IMG/VR virus record: IMGVR_UViG_3300034072_001783
Coordinates: 1-54,406 of that record
DNA length: 54,406 bases
Origin: a virus
Lineage: Duplodnaviria > Caudoviricetes
Strand: one strand, 5' to 3'
The notes under the pieces were generated by a model, which was not told the origin of the DNA, did not search any database, and saw only the letters and a program-made list of their open reading frames with translations. A program made the position numbers and the translations under genes. This document shows, piece by piece, positions 28,392 through 38,610 of the stretch; within the stretch, counting starts at the first letter, position 1; every line of letters starts with the position of its first letter.

Positions 28392-28844
28392 ATGGCTGAT
28401 TTCCCTCAAGATAAAAAATACAATAAACTTTGGAAACGTTCCTCGTTTAATGATACTATATTTGAAGGAAATAACATTTCCGAACTAACCAACAACTCAG
28501 AATTTTTAAATCAAGAACAAACTGACAGACTCTATCCAACCTCTCAATCATTTAATGATTTGAATGAAGTAGCTATAAGATCTACTACAAATTTTTATAT
28601 AGTAGATGATTTTATAGATGAATACTTTGATGATGTAGATGAATTTTTTGAAACATATAACACAGGATCATTTTCGGGAAGTTTTGAAGGGAATTTGAGT
28701 GTAAAAGATGTAATGTTACTATCCCCCCTCAACAGTTTACCTGAAACTGCTCTACCTGGATCATTAGCATCCTTAAGAAATGCAGAAAGAGGAAACATTT
28801 CTTTATATTTTTATAATGGGTCTGAGTGGGTTTTAGTAACATAA
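28392..28844 (+). CDS. Hypothetical structural protein
   Basis: TATTTATA at 28342; NISELTNN, TGSFSGSF, LYFYNGSEW. Confidence 0.6.
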   Translation: MADFPQDKKYNKLWKRSSFNDTIFEGNNISELTNNSEFLNQEQTDRLYPTSQSFNDLNEVAIRSTTNFYIVDDFIDEYFDDVDEFFETYNTGSFSGSFEGNLSVKDVMLLSPLNSLPETALPGSLASLRNAERGNISLYFYNGSEWVLVT

Positions 28845-28866
28845 GACATATTTATAATAAAATTAA

Positions 28867-29631
28867 ATGGCAATACTTTCAAAAACAGGAATTACAACCG
28901 GACAAACAGTTGAACCTGGACATGTAACTCAATCTATAGATGCTTTTACAGGAATAGAAGCATACGACATTTTCCTTTCAGGATCATTTAATATGACGGG
29001 TTCTATAAATGGAGAGCCAGGAGTTATAAATAGTTTAACCTCCTCATATGCTGTAACAGCATCAAATGCTATAACTGCATCATATGCTCTAAATGCGGGA
29101 GCATCCTTTCCATACACTGGATCAGCAGCAATTTCAGGATCTCTAACGGTTGATGGTAATATATCAGGGAGTCTTATATTAGGTACAACCCGCACTACTA
29201 AAGAATATAATAATTTAAACAATGATCCCCAAATTGCCAGTACCTTAGCCGCTTTAGACATATATGCAGGATCCATAACTAGCATAAATTTACGCTCCAG
29301 CAACACAAATTTCATAAGACTATCTCTCCCATTATTAAGTAATAGCCAATTTGGTGATAGATATGAATTTATAATAAGTGAAGATGCTGCATCTGGGGGT
29401 ACTGCCTTTTTTCGTTTAAGCTGCGCTACAGGTGATAGGATGTATGGTAGTGTAATAGGTGCTGATGGTGGTTCTCTATATAGTACTGGAAGCCTATACA
29501 TCTCTACAGGAGATGGAAATGGAAGAGTAGGAGATAGAATTATGGTTACCTCGATCATTGGGATGGATAGTAATAGATATTGGGCGGTTGAAGCTATTGT
29601 TTCTGGGTCTGCTGGATATTTGTTTGTATAA
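28867..29631 (+). CDS. Fibre-like structural protein
   Basis: TATTTATA at 28849; TASYA repeats; FPYTGSA.ISGSL shared with 23676. Confidence 0.65.
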   Translation: MAILSKTGITTGQTVEPGHVTQSIDAFTGIEAYDIFLSGSFNMTGSINGEPGVINSLTSSYAVTASNAITASYALNAGASFPYTGSAAISGSLTVDGNISGSLILGTTRTTKEYNNLNNDPQIASTLAALDIYAGSITSINLRSSNTNFIRLSLPLLSNSQFGDRYEFIISEDAASGGTAFFRLSCATGDRMYGSVIGADGGSLYSTGSLYISTGDGNGRVGDRIMVTSIIGMDSNRYWAVEAIVSGSAGYLFV

Positions 29632-29659
29632 ATTTTTAACCAATAAATTAAAATAAATT

Positions 29660-29923
29660 ATGTCAATTGTTACAGAAAAAAATGTTTTAACTAAAGAAGA
29701 ATTAGATAATCTACGTTCTTTACAACAAGATTTCCAAAGTATCCAATTTGAATTGGGGGAAATTGAAATTATCAAAATTCAAATGGAAGAAAGATATGAG
29801 AGTGCTAAAAAACTCTTAAAAGAAACTCAAATAAAAGAACAATCTTTTACAAATTCTTTAAAAGAAAAATATGGTGATATCTCATTAAATGTTGAAACTG
29901 GAGAGTTCTCTAGAATAGAATAA
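29660..29923 (+). CDS. Small coiled-coil hypothetical protein
   Basis: 87 aa, heptads, LKEKYGDISLNVETGEF. Confidence 0.7.
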   Translation: MSIVTEKNVLTKEELDNLRSLQQDFQSIQFELGEIEIIKIQMEERYESAKKLLKETQIKEQSFTNSLKEKYGDISLNVETGEFSRIE

Positions 29924-29954
29924 AACTCTTAAATATTTATAAATAAAACATTAG

Positions 29955-32087
29955 ATGGCCGAAACAATATTATCTCCTGGAGTAGTAACCAATGAAAACG
30001 ATCAGTCTTTCATTTCTCAACAACCTATTGAAGCGGGTGCAGCTATAATTGGCCCCACAGTAAAAGGACCAGTTGAAAGACCTACAATTGTAACAACTTA
30101 TTCTGAATATGTAAACAAGTTTGGTACCTCTTTTATTAGTGGAAGCCAAAATTTTACCTATTTTACTTCTATATCTGCATACAATTATTTTAATAATGGT
30201 GGAACTTCACTTTTAGTAACCCGTGTTACAAGTGGATCTTTTACTCCTGCTACAAGTAGTAACGTAACAAACAATGTTTTAGCTGTACCTGGAAATACTG
30301 CTTCATTTTCATTAGATGTATCTACCATTGTTACAGGTTCAGCAACCGGATCTTTACAAGGATTTGGTTTATTAATTGGAACTAACTATTATGGTGCACA
30401 TCCCAATACAGTTGGGCTAAACTTTGTAGGTGGAGGTGGAAACGTAGTTTCTCAATTTGTTGGAGTAGCTACATTAGCTGATACTGACGAATATATGGCT
30501 GCTGCAGTTACAGGATTAAACCTACTAAAATCCTCTACAGGAGTTACAGCATCATATTCTTCTCCTAACATTACTCTTCAAGCAATAGATGCAGGAACTT
30601 CTTTAAATGGAACTACAATATTCTATGATGACGCTCCTTCATCCTTTATCCTCCCAACATCATTCCTCCCAGGATCAATGTCTGGTGGAACCCCTAATAC
30701 TGGAGATAATGCTTTTACCTTAGAAACTTTATCTGAAGGATCCCTTATGAATAACACTTCACCTGAAAATTCAGATGGGTCTTTACCTTCAGGTTCAGCA
30801 GATAATGTAAGATGGCAAATAATTTCCCCTAACACCTCTTCAGGAACCTTTACTTTATTAATCCGTAGAGGGGATGATGATACTAATTCTCCCGTAGTAT
30901 TAGAAACATGGGATAATTTATCATTAGACCCAGTAGATCCAAACTATATTGAAAAAATTATAGGTAATCAAACAACTACCATAGCAACAGATGGATCAGA
31001 TACTTACCTTCAACTTTCAGGTAACTATCAAAATCAATCCAAATATGTTAGAGTTAAGGAAGTAGTTTATAAAACACCTAACTACTTAGATAATGCTGGT
31101 AACCCTGTATCAGCATATACATCTTCAATTCCTGTAGCAGGAAGTGGTTCATTTGGAGGTGCTTTAGGTACAAATCTTCCTACATTAGGTAATTACTATG
31201 AAAACATATCTAACACAAGTACTCAAGGTTTAGTAGCTTCGGAATATGTTCAATCTATTAACCTACTTTCTAATAAAGATACTTACCAATTCAAATATAT
31301 TACAGCTCCTGGATTAGTTAAAGATTTTGCATCTCATGCCTCTGTAGTTACCTCACTTATAACAATGTGTCAAGAAAGAGGAGATACGATGGCTGTAGTT
31401 GATATGTTAGACTATAATGCTAACATTACTGAAGTAGTAACAGAAGCTGCCACAGTAAACAGTTCATATGCTGCTACTTATTGGCCTTGGGTTCAAACTG
31501 TAGATCCTAATACAGGACAACAAGTTTGGGTTCCTGCCTCAACTATGATTCCTAGCATATATGCCTTTACAGATTCTACAACTGAACCGTGGTTTGCTCC
31601 TGCAGGAATTAATCGGGGTATATTATCAACTGTAATTAAAGCTGAAAGAATTTTAACACAAGGAAATAGAGACACACTATATCAAGCAAATATTAACCCT
31701 ATTGCTACATTCCCAAACACAGGAGTAGCAGTATTTGGACAAAAAACTCTTCAGAAAAAGAAAAGTGCTCTTGATCGTGTGAATGTTCGACGATTATTAA
31801 TTGAACTAAAAAATACCATTAAACAAGTAGCAGATAATTTAGTATTTGAACAAAACACAATAGCTACACGTAATGATTTTTTATCTCAAGTAAACCCTTA
31901 TCTAGCCTCAGTACAACAAAGACAAGGTTTATACTCGTATAGAGTTGTAATGGATGATACAAACAATACCCCTACTGTAATAGATAATAATCAACTTGTA
32001 GGTGCAATATATATTCAACCTGTAAAAACAGCTGAATTTATAGTACTAGATTTCAATGTAACATCAACTGGAGTTACTTTTGACTAA
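29955..32087 (+). CDS. gp18: Tail sheath protein 1 (gp18-like)
   Basis: SPGV..E.D, IGPTVKGP, YWPW, WFAPAGINRG, INPI, FGQKTLQ, LDRVNVRRL, AEFI. Confidence 0.95.
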   Translation: MAETILSPGVVTNENDQSFISQQPIEAGAAIIGPTVKGPVERPTIVTTYSEYVNKFGTSFISGSQNFTYFTSISAYNYFNNGGTSLLVTRVTSGSFTPATSSNVTNNVLAVPGNTASFSLDVSTIVTGSATGSLQGFGLLIGTNYYGAHPNTVGLNFVGGGGNVVSQFVGVATLADTDEYMAAAVTGLNLLKSSTGVTASYSSPNITLQAIDAGTSLNGTTIFYDDAPSSFILPTSFLPGSMSGGTPNTGDNAFTLETLSEGSLMNNTSPENSDGSLPSGSADNVRWQIISPNTSSGTFTLLIRRGDDDTNSPVVLETWDNLSLDPVDPNYIEKIIGNQTTTIATDGSDTYLQLSGNYQNQSKYVRVKEVVYKTPNYLDNAGNPVSAYTSSIPVAGSGSFGGALGTNLPTLGNYYENISNTSTQGLVASEYVQSINLLSNKDTYQFKYITAPGLVKDFASHASVVTSLITMCQERGDTMAVVDMLDYNANITEVVTEAATVNSSYAATYWPWVQTVDPNTGQQVWVPASTMIPSIYAFTDSTTEPWFAPAGINRGILSTVIKAERILTQGNRDTLYQANINPIATFPNTGVAVFGQKTLQKKKSALDRVNVRRLLIELKNTIKQVADNLVFEQNTIATRNDFLSQVNPYLASVQQRQGLYSYRVVMDDTNNTPTVIDNNQLVGAIYIQPVKTAEFIVLDFNVTSTGVTFD

Positions 32088-32126
32088 AAATATAATATTT
32101 ATAATAAAATAAATCACTAATAGAAA

Positions 32127-33836
32127 ATGGCAAACTTCACAGCATCTCCTGGAGTATCACTTAATGAAATAGATAATACTTTTATTTCTCCACTCCCAGT
32201 CAAAGTAGGAGCAGCAATTATAGGACCAACAGTTAAAGGACCAGTTGAAATTCCTATAGTTGTAACCTCTTATTCAGATTATAAAAACCGATTTGGGGGT
32301 TCACTTGTAAGTGGAAGTGATACTTACTCTTATTTAACCTCAATTGCAGCATATAATTACTTTAATAATGGAGGTGAAACTCTATTAGTAGCTCGAGTTG
32401 TAACAGGATCATACACATCTGCTACATCAACTACAATTTCAAATTATATTGATGCAACCTCATCCTCATTTGCTCTAGAAACAATTTCTGAAGGAGTTAT
32501 CATGAATAACTCAGGTGCTCTAAACTCAGATGGATCATTAGTTTCTGGATCTGCAGATAATGTTAGATGGGAAATTACAAACTCAAATACAGGATCAGGT
32601 ACATTTAACGTACTAATTAGACAAGGTAATGACAAGACAAACGGTAAAGTAGTTCTTGAATCATTCAATAATGTAAACTTAGATCCAAATTCTCCACGTT
32701 ATATTTCACGTGTAATTGGGGATCAAGTAATTGCTTATAATTCTGTAGAGAATCAAGTTGACATTGCTAGTGGTTCATTCCCTAACAACTCAAGATATGT
32801 AAGAGTTAAAAATGTAACTCCTACCCCAAACTATTTTGATAATACAGGAACAGCAGTTTCTGCCTACACTGCTTCAATCCCACAAAATGGATCTGGTTCA
32901 TTTAGTGGAGCAACAGGAGATGTAAAAGCAGGAGCTAATTTTTATGAAAATATTTCAAACACTGATACCCAAGGATTAACCTCAGGTAACTATACTAACA
33001 TGGTTAACCTTCTTTCCAACAAAGATGATTACCAATTTAATATCCTATTAACCCCAGGCCTACTAAACTCTGAAGGAACTCATACTGGAGTAATCAGTTC
33101 TATTATAACAAATACACAATTACGTGGAGATAATATTTATGTAGTTGATATGGTAGATTATAATGGAACCTTAGCTGAAGCAGTAACTCAAGCTCAAACA
33201 CGAGATACTTCATATGCTGCTACTTATTGGCCTTGGTTGCGCATCCAAGACCCAGAAACTGGTAAACGCGTATGGGTACCTGCTTCAACTATGATCGGAG
33301 GAGTATACGCATATAATGACAGAGTAGCCGCACCTTGGTTCGCACCAGCAGGTATTAATAGAGGTGGATTAGGATCTGTGTTAAGAGCTAAAACTAAACT
33401 ATCTCAAGCAAACCGAGATGAGCTATATGATAATAACATTAACCCAATTGCAACTTTCCCTAAAAAAGGAATTGTAGTATTCGGACAAAAAACTCTACAG
33501 AAAGGTGCTTCAGCACTTGATAGAGTGAATGTTCGCAGATTGTTAATTGAATTGAAATCCTTTATAGGTCAACTTGCGGATAATTTAGTATTTGAACAAA
33601 ACACTATTACAACTAGAAATAAATTCTTGTCTCAAGTAAACCCTTATCTTGAAAATATTAAACAAAAACAAGGATTATATGCGTTTAAGGTGATTATGGA
33701 TGATACACTAAATACACCTGATGTAATTGATAGAAATCAATTAGTAGGTCAAATTTATATCCAACCAACAAGAACCGCAGAATTTATTAACCTAGATTTT
33801 ATTTTACAACCAACAGGAGCTGAATTTCCTGCTTAA
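32127..33836 (+). CDS. gp18: Tail sheath protein 2 (gp18-like paralogue)
   Basis: Same sheath motifs; own TATTTATA at 32096. Confidence 0.95.
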   Translation: MANFTASPGVSLNEIDNTFISPLPVKVGAAIIGPTVKGPVEIPIVVTSYSDYKNRFGGSLVSGSDTYSYLTSIAAYNYFNNGGETLLVARVVTGSYTSATSTTISNYIDATSSSFALETISEGVIMNNSGALNSDGSLVSGSADNVRWEITNSNTGSGTFNVLIRQGNDKTNGKVVLESFNNVNLDPNSPRYISRVIGDQVIAYNSVENQVDIASGSFPNNSRYVRVKNVTPTPNYFDNTGTAVSAYTASIPQNGSGSFSGATGDVKAGANFYENISNTDTQGLTSGNYTNMVNLLSNKDDYQFNILLTPGLLNSEGTHTGVISSIITNTQLRGDNIYVVDMVDYNGTLAEAVTQAQTRDTSYAATYWPWLRIQDPETGKRVWVPASTMIGGVYAYNDRVAAPWFAPAGINRGGLGSVLRAKTKLSQANRDELYDNNINPIATFPKKGIVVFGQKTLQKGASALDRVNVRRLLIELKSFIGQLADNLVFEQNTITTRNKFLSQVNPYLENIKQKQGLYAFKVIMDDTLNTPDVIDRNQLVGQIYIQPTRTAEFINLDFILQPTGAEFPA

Positions 33837-33884
33837 AAATTAGAATAGCTAATATTTATAACTAGAACATTAATATAATAGAAA

Positions 33885-34373
33885 ATGGCAGTATTAGATC
33901 CAAACGAAATATTTTTCACAGCTTTTGAACCAAAGCAAACCAACAGGTTCATCCTATACATTGATGGTATTCCATCTTATATGGTAAAAGGAATGGGAGC
34001 TGTATCATTAACACAAAACTCTGTTGCTCTTAACCACATTAACGTACAACGTTATGTTAAAGGTAAGACAACATGGAATACAATTTCATTCACATTGTTT
34101 GACCCAATCACACCTTCAGGTGCACAAGCAGTAATGGAATGGGTACGTCTACACCACGAATCAGTAACAGGTAGAGATGGTTACTCTGATTTCTATAAAA
34201 AAGATTTAACATTTAATGTTCTAGGACCAGTTGGAGATATCGTTTCTGAATGGGTTGTTAAAGGTGCTCTTATCACTGAAGCTTCATTTGGAGATTATAA
34301 CTGGGATGATGATGGTACTGCTGTAAACATCGAAATGACAGTTCAACCAGACTACTGTGTATTAAACTTCTAA
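33885..34373 (+). CDS. gp19: Tail tube protein (gp19-like)
   Basis: FEPKQTNRF, KGKTTW..I..T..DPI, EW, YKKD, G...EW...GA; follows sheath. Confidence 0.88.
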   Translation: MAVLDPNEIFFTAFEPKQTNRFILYIDGIPSYMVKGMGAVSLTQNSVALNHINVQRYVKGKTTWNTISFTLFDPITPSGAQAVMEWVRLHHESVTGRDGYSDFYKKDLTFNVLGPVGDIVSEWVVKGALITEASFGDYNWDDDGTAVNIEMTVQPDYCVLNF

Positions 34374-34395
34374 TAATACTTTTTAAAAATTTTTT

Positions 34396-34429
34396 AAAAA
34401 AGCTTGCCTAGTTTAGGTAGGCTTTTTTT
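34396..34429 (+). terminator. Rho-independent terminator (possibly bidirectional)
   Basis: A-tract, AGCTTGCCTA-gtt-TAGGTAGGCT, T-tract. Confidence 0.8.
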
Positions 34430-34477
34430 ATTCCGATATATTTATATAGGACAATTAAGTTATAACAAATAAAAATT

Positions 34478-35206
34478 ATGAGCGAATTTAAATTACCTAC
34501 TGAAGTTATTGAACTTCCATCTAAAGGTTTACTTTATCCTGAAGGATCCGAATTAGCAAAAGGTACAGTTGAAATGAAGTATATGACAGCTAAGGAAGAA
34601 GATATCCTTACAAACCAATCATATATTCAAAAGGGTATTGTACTAGATAAATTGATGAAATCACTTATTGTATCCAAAATCAACTATGATGATCTATTGA
34701 TAGGAGATAAAAATGCAATTATGGTTGCTGCTCGTATTCTAGGATATGGTAAAGAATACTCATTCTCAGTACTAGGAGAAGACCACACAGTAGATTTATC
34801 AACTTTAGATAATAAACCACTTAAGGAAGAACTATTTAAAGACGGTAAAAACAACTTTGAATTCACTCTCCCCCACTCTGGTAACCACGTTACATTCAAA
34901 CTTTTAACACACAAGGATGAGCAGGATATTAACAGAGAACTAGAAGGACTTAAAAAAATCAACAAAGATAACTCCCCTGAACTCACAACCAGACTCAAAT
35001 ATCTAATTACCTCAGTTGAAGGAAAAACCGAAAAGAAAGACATTCGAGAATTTGTTGACAATTACCTGCTAGCTAGGGACTCAAGAGCCCTAAGAGAATA
35101 TGTAAAAGAAATCCAACCCGATGTTGATTTAACTTTTTTTCCCGAAGGATCATCCACTCCACAAAACATTCCAATCGGTGTAAGTTTCTTCTGGCCCGAT
35201 GCTTAA
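34478..35206 (+). CDS. Baseplate hub / tail assembly chaperone (T4 gp26-like)
   Basis: IELPSKGLLY, MTAKEEDIL, GD...I...AR...YG, C-terminal FFWP. Confidence 0.8.
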   Translation: MSEFKLPTEVIELPSKGLLYPEGSELAKGTVEMKYMTAKEEDILTNQSYIQKGIVLDKLMKSLIVSKINYDDLLIGDKNAIMVAARILGYGKEYSFSVLGEDHTVDLSTLDNKPLKEELFKDGKNNFEFTLPHSGNHVTFKLLTHKDEQDINRELEGLKKINKDNSPELTTRLKYLITSVEGKTEKKDIREFVDNYLLARDSRALREYVKEIQPDVDLTFFPEGSSTPQNIPIGVSFFWPDA

Positions 35207-35227
35207 AGATATATAATTTAAAAAGAA

Positions 35228-35257
35228 TGGCTTCTCAAAAGAGAAGCCACATTTTTG
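35228..35257 (+). terminator. Hairpin/terminator upstream of the second homing endonuclease
   Basis: TGGCTTCTC-aaaa-GAGAAGCCA then CATTTTT; ATATTTATT at 35260-35268. Confidence 0.7.
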
Positions 35258-35290
35258 TAATATTTATTATTGACACTAAAAAATAATACA

Positions 35291-35890
35291 ATGATAAATA
35301 CTTCAAACAATATTCCCTTAATAGGAATTTATAAAATAACATCCCCTACCGGAAAAATTTATATAGGACAAAGTAAAAATATTCTCCAAAGATTTAAGTT
35401 CTATTCCTTTTATAATTGTAAAAATCAAACCAAACTTTATAATTCTTTTAAAAAACATAAAGTTGAAAATCATTTTTTTGAAATTATAGAAGAATGCTCT
35501 GTAAAACATCTAAATGAAAGAGAAGAATATTGGATTAATCATCTAAATTCTATAAAAAAGGGACTTAACATTCAAAATGGGGGTAATGCTTCTCCTCGTA
35601 ATATTGAAACTAAGAAAAAAATTTCAAGATCCTTAACAGGTAAAACCAAATCCCCCTCTCATAGATCTAATATTTCATCTTCCCGAAAAGGTATGAGGTT
35701 TACTGAACAACATAAACATAATATGAGTAAAAGTAGATTTAGATATTCTATAATATGTTTAGAAAATGGCAAAATCTATAAAAGTGCAAATCAAGCATCA
35801 AAAGATTTAAACATATATCCCTCTTCAATTATAAAGGTGTGTGAAGGAAAATATAAACAAACTAAAGGATATACCTTTAAATTTATATAA
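35291..35890 (+). mobile_element. Free-standing GIY-YIG homing endonuclease (NUMOD3/NUMOD1-like)
   Basis: IGIYKITSPTGKIYIGQS, LNEREEYWI, GLN; ETKKKIS repeats; IICLENGKIYKSANQAS HTH. ATG 35291 preferred over TTG 35270. Confidence 0.9.
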
Positions 35891-35895
35891 TAGTA

Positions 35896-36237
35896 ATGGA
35901 AACAAATGAAAAACTAAGAAACCAACTAGCCCTATTTGGAATCACCCCAGAAAATGCTTCCCAAGCTAGAGCAGCAATTTTCACTCAAATCCACGAAATA
36001 GTATTTCATGGTAAAGGAGGCTATGATTGGTATAGTGTATATAATATGCCAATTTGGCTTCGTCGTTTTACATTCAATAAAATAAGTAGTTTCTATTCTG
36101 AAGAAAAAGAACAGATAGAAAATATGAAGTCAGGTACTAAAGGCTCTAAAAAACTTGTTGACTCCTCAGGTAAAGTAAACACACCTGATTTTTTACAAGC
36201 TAGTAAACAATATAAAAAACCTTCAAGTTATAAATAA
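35896..36237 (+). CDS. Tail/baseplate assembly protein (gp51-like / chaperone second part)
   Basis: QIHEIVFHG.GGYDW..VYNMPIWLRRF; directly before tape measure. Confidence 0.6.
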   Translation: METNEKLRNQLALFGITPENASQARAAIFTQIHEIVFHGKGGYDWYSVYNMPIWLRRFTFNKISSFYSEEKEQIENMKSGTKGSKKLVDSSGKVNTPDFLQASKQYKKPSSYK

Positions 36238-36276
36238 AAATCCCATCTTTAAATATTTATAACAAAACATTGGTGA

Positions 36277-38610
36277 ATGGCCTTAGATCCTAAAAAATTA
36301 CAAGAAGCAAAAAGACTTTTAGCTGATTTAGAGAAAGCATACAAGACTATAGGAGATACTAATCCCTTTAAAAATATACCTGCCGCTAATGCTGATTTAG
36401 ATCAATTAAAACAAGGGTTAAAAGATGCCAATGAATATATAGCTTTAATGGACTCAGATGCTGCTGATTTAGTATCTTCTTTTAAAGCAATCACTGAAGA
36501 AGTAGGTAGAACTAATAAAGCATATGGCAACTCAGCTAAATCCATAAATTCACTAACTTCTTTAGCTGGTAAACTCCGAGACCATCAACAAGGAATCAAC
36601 ACCTTGTCCTCCTCTCAACTTAAAACTTTACAATCTAAATTAAAATCTGAGCAAGCTAATTTAGAATCTAATAGAAAACAACTTGAAACTAAAACAGGCA
36701 ACTTAGCAACTGATACTAAAAATGCTGCTATGCTAGCTAATGTTAATGGTTTATTAGAGGATAATGATAGTACTCTTAAATCTTTAGAAGCTACAACCAA
36801 AAAAGAACTTAAGGAAAGAGAGAAAATAGAAAAATCTATTGGAGTAACAGGAGGTCTACTGAGAGGAATGTCTAAAATCCCATTAATTGGTGATTTAGTA
36901 GACACTAAAGAAGCATTAGAAGCAGCTGAAGAAACCGTCAAAGAAACTGGTAGTGGGGTTAGAGGAATGGGAGCAGCTTTTAAAACCCTTGGAAACCAAG
37001 CAGCTTCAGGACTACTCAATACTTCTAATATGATATTGGGGGTATTTACCTTCATGGTTAAATCTTTAATGGATATGGATAAAAATGCCGGTAAAATGGC
37101 AAAATCCTTAAACATTAGTTATGAAAATGCCCTTGATTTAGACCAAACTCTTAGAGATGTAGCAGTTACATCTGGAGATACTGCCTTATCATCTGCTCGA
37201 TTAGGTGAATCCTTAATGTCTATAAATTCTGCTTTTGGTACTACAGCACAGATTTCAAACGAAAATCTTGCTACATTTACCAAACTACGTGAACAAGCAG
37301 GAATGACTAATGAAGAATTAGTTGGAGTCTACCAATACTCAGCTCTTACTGGTAAATCTATGGAAGATGTAGTAAATTCTTTCCAAGGATCAGCCAAAGC
37401 AGCTTCTTTTCAATCAAAAGTTGCCCTTAACACTAAAAAGTTAATGGCAGACATCTCTAAAATCTCAAGTAGAATGAAACTTTCTATTGATGGGGGTGCA
37501 GATGGACTAGCTAATGCGGCTGTTAACGCAAAATTATTAGGAGCAGATATAGATAAAGTATCTGCTTCTGCAGAGGCATTATTAAATTTTGAACAATCTA
37601 TTGAAGATGAACTCTCAGCTGAATTGCTTCTAGGCAAAAACATAAACTTAGAAAAAGCAAGAACAGCCGCCCTAAATAATGATATAGCTACTCTATCCTC
37701 AGAAATTAAAGATCAAGTAGGATCAGCTGCTGAATTTGGAGACATGAATAGAATCCAACAGGAGGCTATTGCTAAATCCGTTGGTATGTCAGCAGATAGT
37801 TTAGCTGACATGCTTTTTGAACAAGAAGCTTTAGCTAGTTTGGGACAGCAATTAAATGATGAGGAACAAAGAGCTTTTGAAGCAGCTAAAGAAAAGTATG
37901 GAATTGAAGAAGCCTCTAGAATGTTACAAGAGGGTCAACTAGAAAATTTAGTCAATCAACAATCAACAGCTGAACAATTCTCCCAAACTATAGAACATTT
38001 AAAAGAAATATTTGTGTCTATAGTAGATGGTCCATTGGGTATTTTATTAAATGGAATGGCTTCTCTTTTAAGTAATGCCTATACCTTATATCCTATAATA
38101 GCAGGAATTGGAGCTATTATTAGTGTTAAAATGGTAAAAGGTATGGCATCTTTTGGGAAAGAATTAGTAAAAGTTATTCCAAAATTAGCTACTATGCTTA
38201 CTAGCTATATAGGAATTGCTGCTGCATGGGCTGTAGCAAACCCAATAATGGCAGCTGTAGGTTTAGCTTTAGCAGCCGGGGTAGGAGCCTTAGTATACTC
38301 CCAAATGAAAGATGGTGTCATAGGCCCGGGTGGAGAGACTATAGTAAGTGGTCCTAAAGGATCTATTCAACTTGATAAGGAAGATTCTATGATAGTAGGA
38401 ACTAACTTAATGGGTGATAAAAATAAATCAAAATCCAAAACTCCACCACCCCCACAAGGAGGTGGAGGAGGAACTGTCAATGTAGACATGACCCAAACAA
38501 ATGCCCTCCTCCAACAACTTATTAATGTAATCCAATCAGGTGGAACAGTAACATTAGATGGACAAAAAGTAGGTGAAGCACTTAAATTAGGTTCTTTCCA
38601 AACTCAATAA
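36277..38610 (+). CDS. Tape measure protein
   Basis: 777 aa, Ala/Leu-rich helical, hydrophobic segments near the C-terminus, terminal LDGQKVG; position after tube and chaperones. Confidence 0.8.
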   Translation: MALDPKKLQEAKRLLADLEKAYKTIGDTNPFKNIPAANADLDQLKQGLKDANEYIALMDSDAADLVSSFKAITEEVGRTNKAYGNSAKSINSLTSLAGKLRDHQQGINTLSSSQLKTLQSKLKSEQANLESNRKQLETKTGNLATDTKNAAMLANVNGLLEDNDSTLKSLEATTKKELKEREKIEKSIGVTGGLLRGMSKIPLIGDLVDTKEALEAAEETVKETGSGVRGMGAAFKTLGNQAASGLLNTSNMILGVFTFMVKSLMDMDKNAGKMAKSLNISYENALDLDQTLRDVAVTSGDTALSSARLGESLMSINSAFGTTAQISNENLATFTKLREQAGMTNEELVGVYQYSALTGKSMEDVVNSFQGSAKAASFQSKVALNTKKLMADISKISSRMKLSIDGGADGLANAAVNAKLLGADIDKVSASAEALLNFEQSIEDELSAELLLGKNINLEKARTAALNNDIATLSSEIKDQVGSAAEFGDMNRIQQEAIAKSVGMSADSLADMLFEQEALASLGQQLNDEEQRAFEAAKEKYGIEEASRMLQEGQLENLVNQQSTAEQFSQTIEHLKEIFVSIVDGPLGILLNGMASLLSNAYTLYPIIAGIGAIISVKMVKGMASFGKELVKVIPKLATMLTSYIGIAAAWAVANPIMAAVGLALAAGVGALVYSQMKDGVIGPGGETIVSGPKGSIQLDKEDSMIVGTNLMGDKNKSKSKTPPPPQGGGGGTVNVDMTQTNALLQQLINVIQSGGTVTLDGQKVGEALKLGSFQTQ

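Noticed and set aside
35134-35286. T TTT TTT slippery heptamer near the end of the gp26-like gene
   Set aside because: The -1 frame stops at about 35286 and joins neither the endonuclease nor the downstream gene.
35207-35895. Group I intron around either GIY-YIG gene
   Set aside because: Under 100 nt of non-coding flank, too little for a ribozyme core, and the flanking genes end in normal stops.
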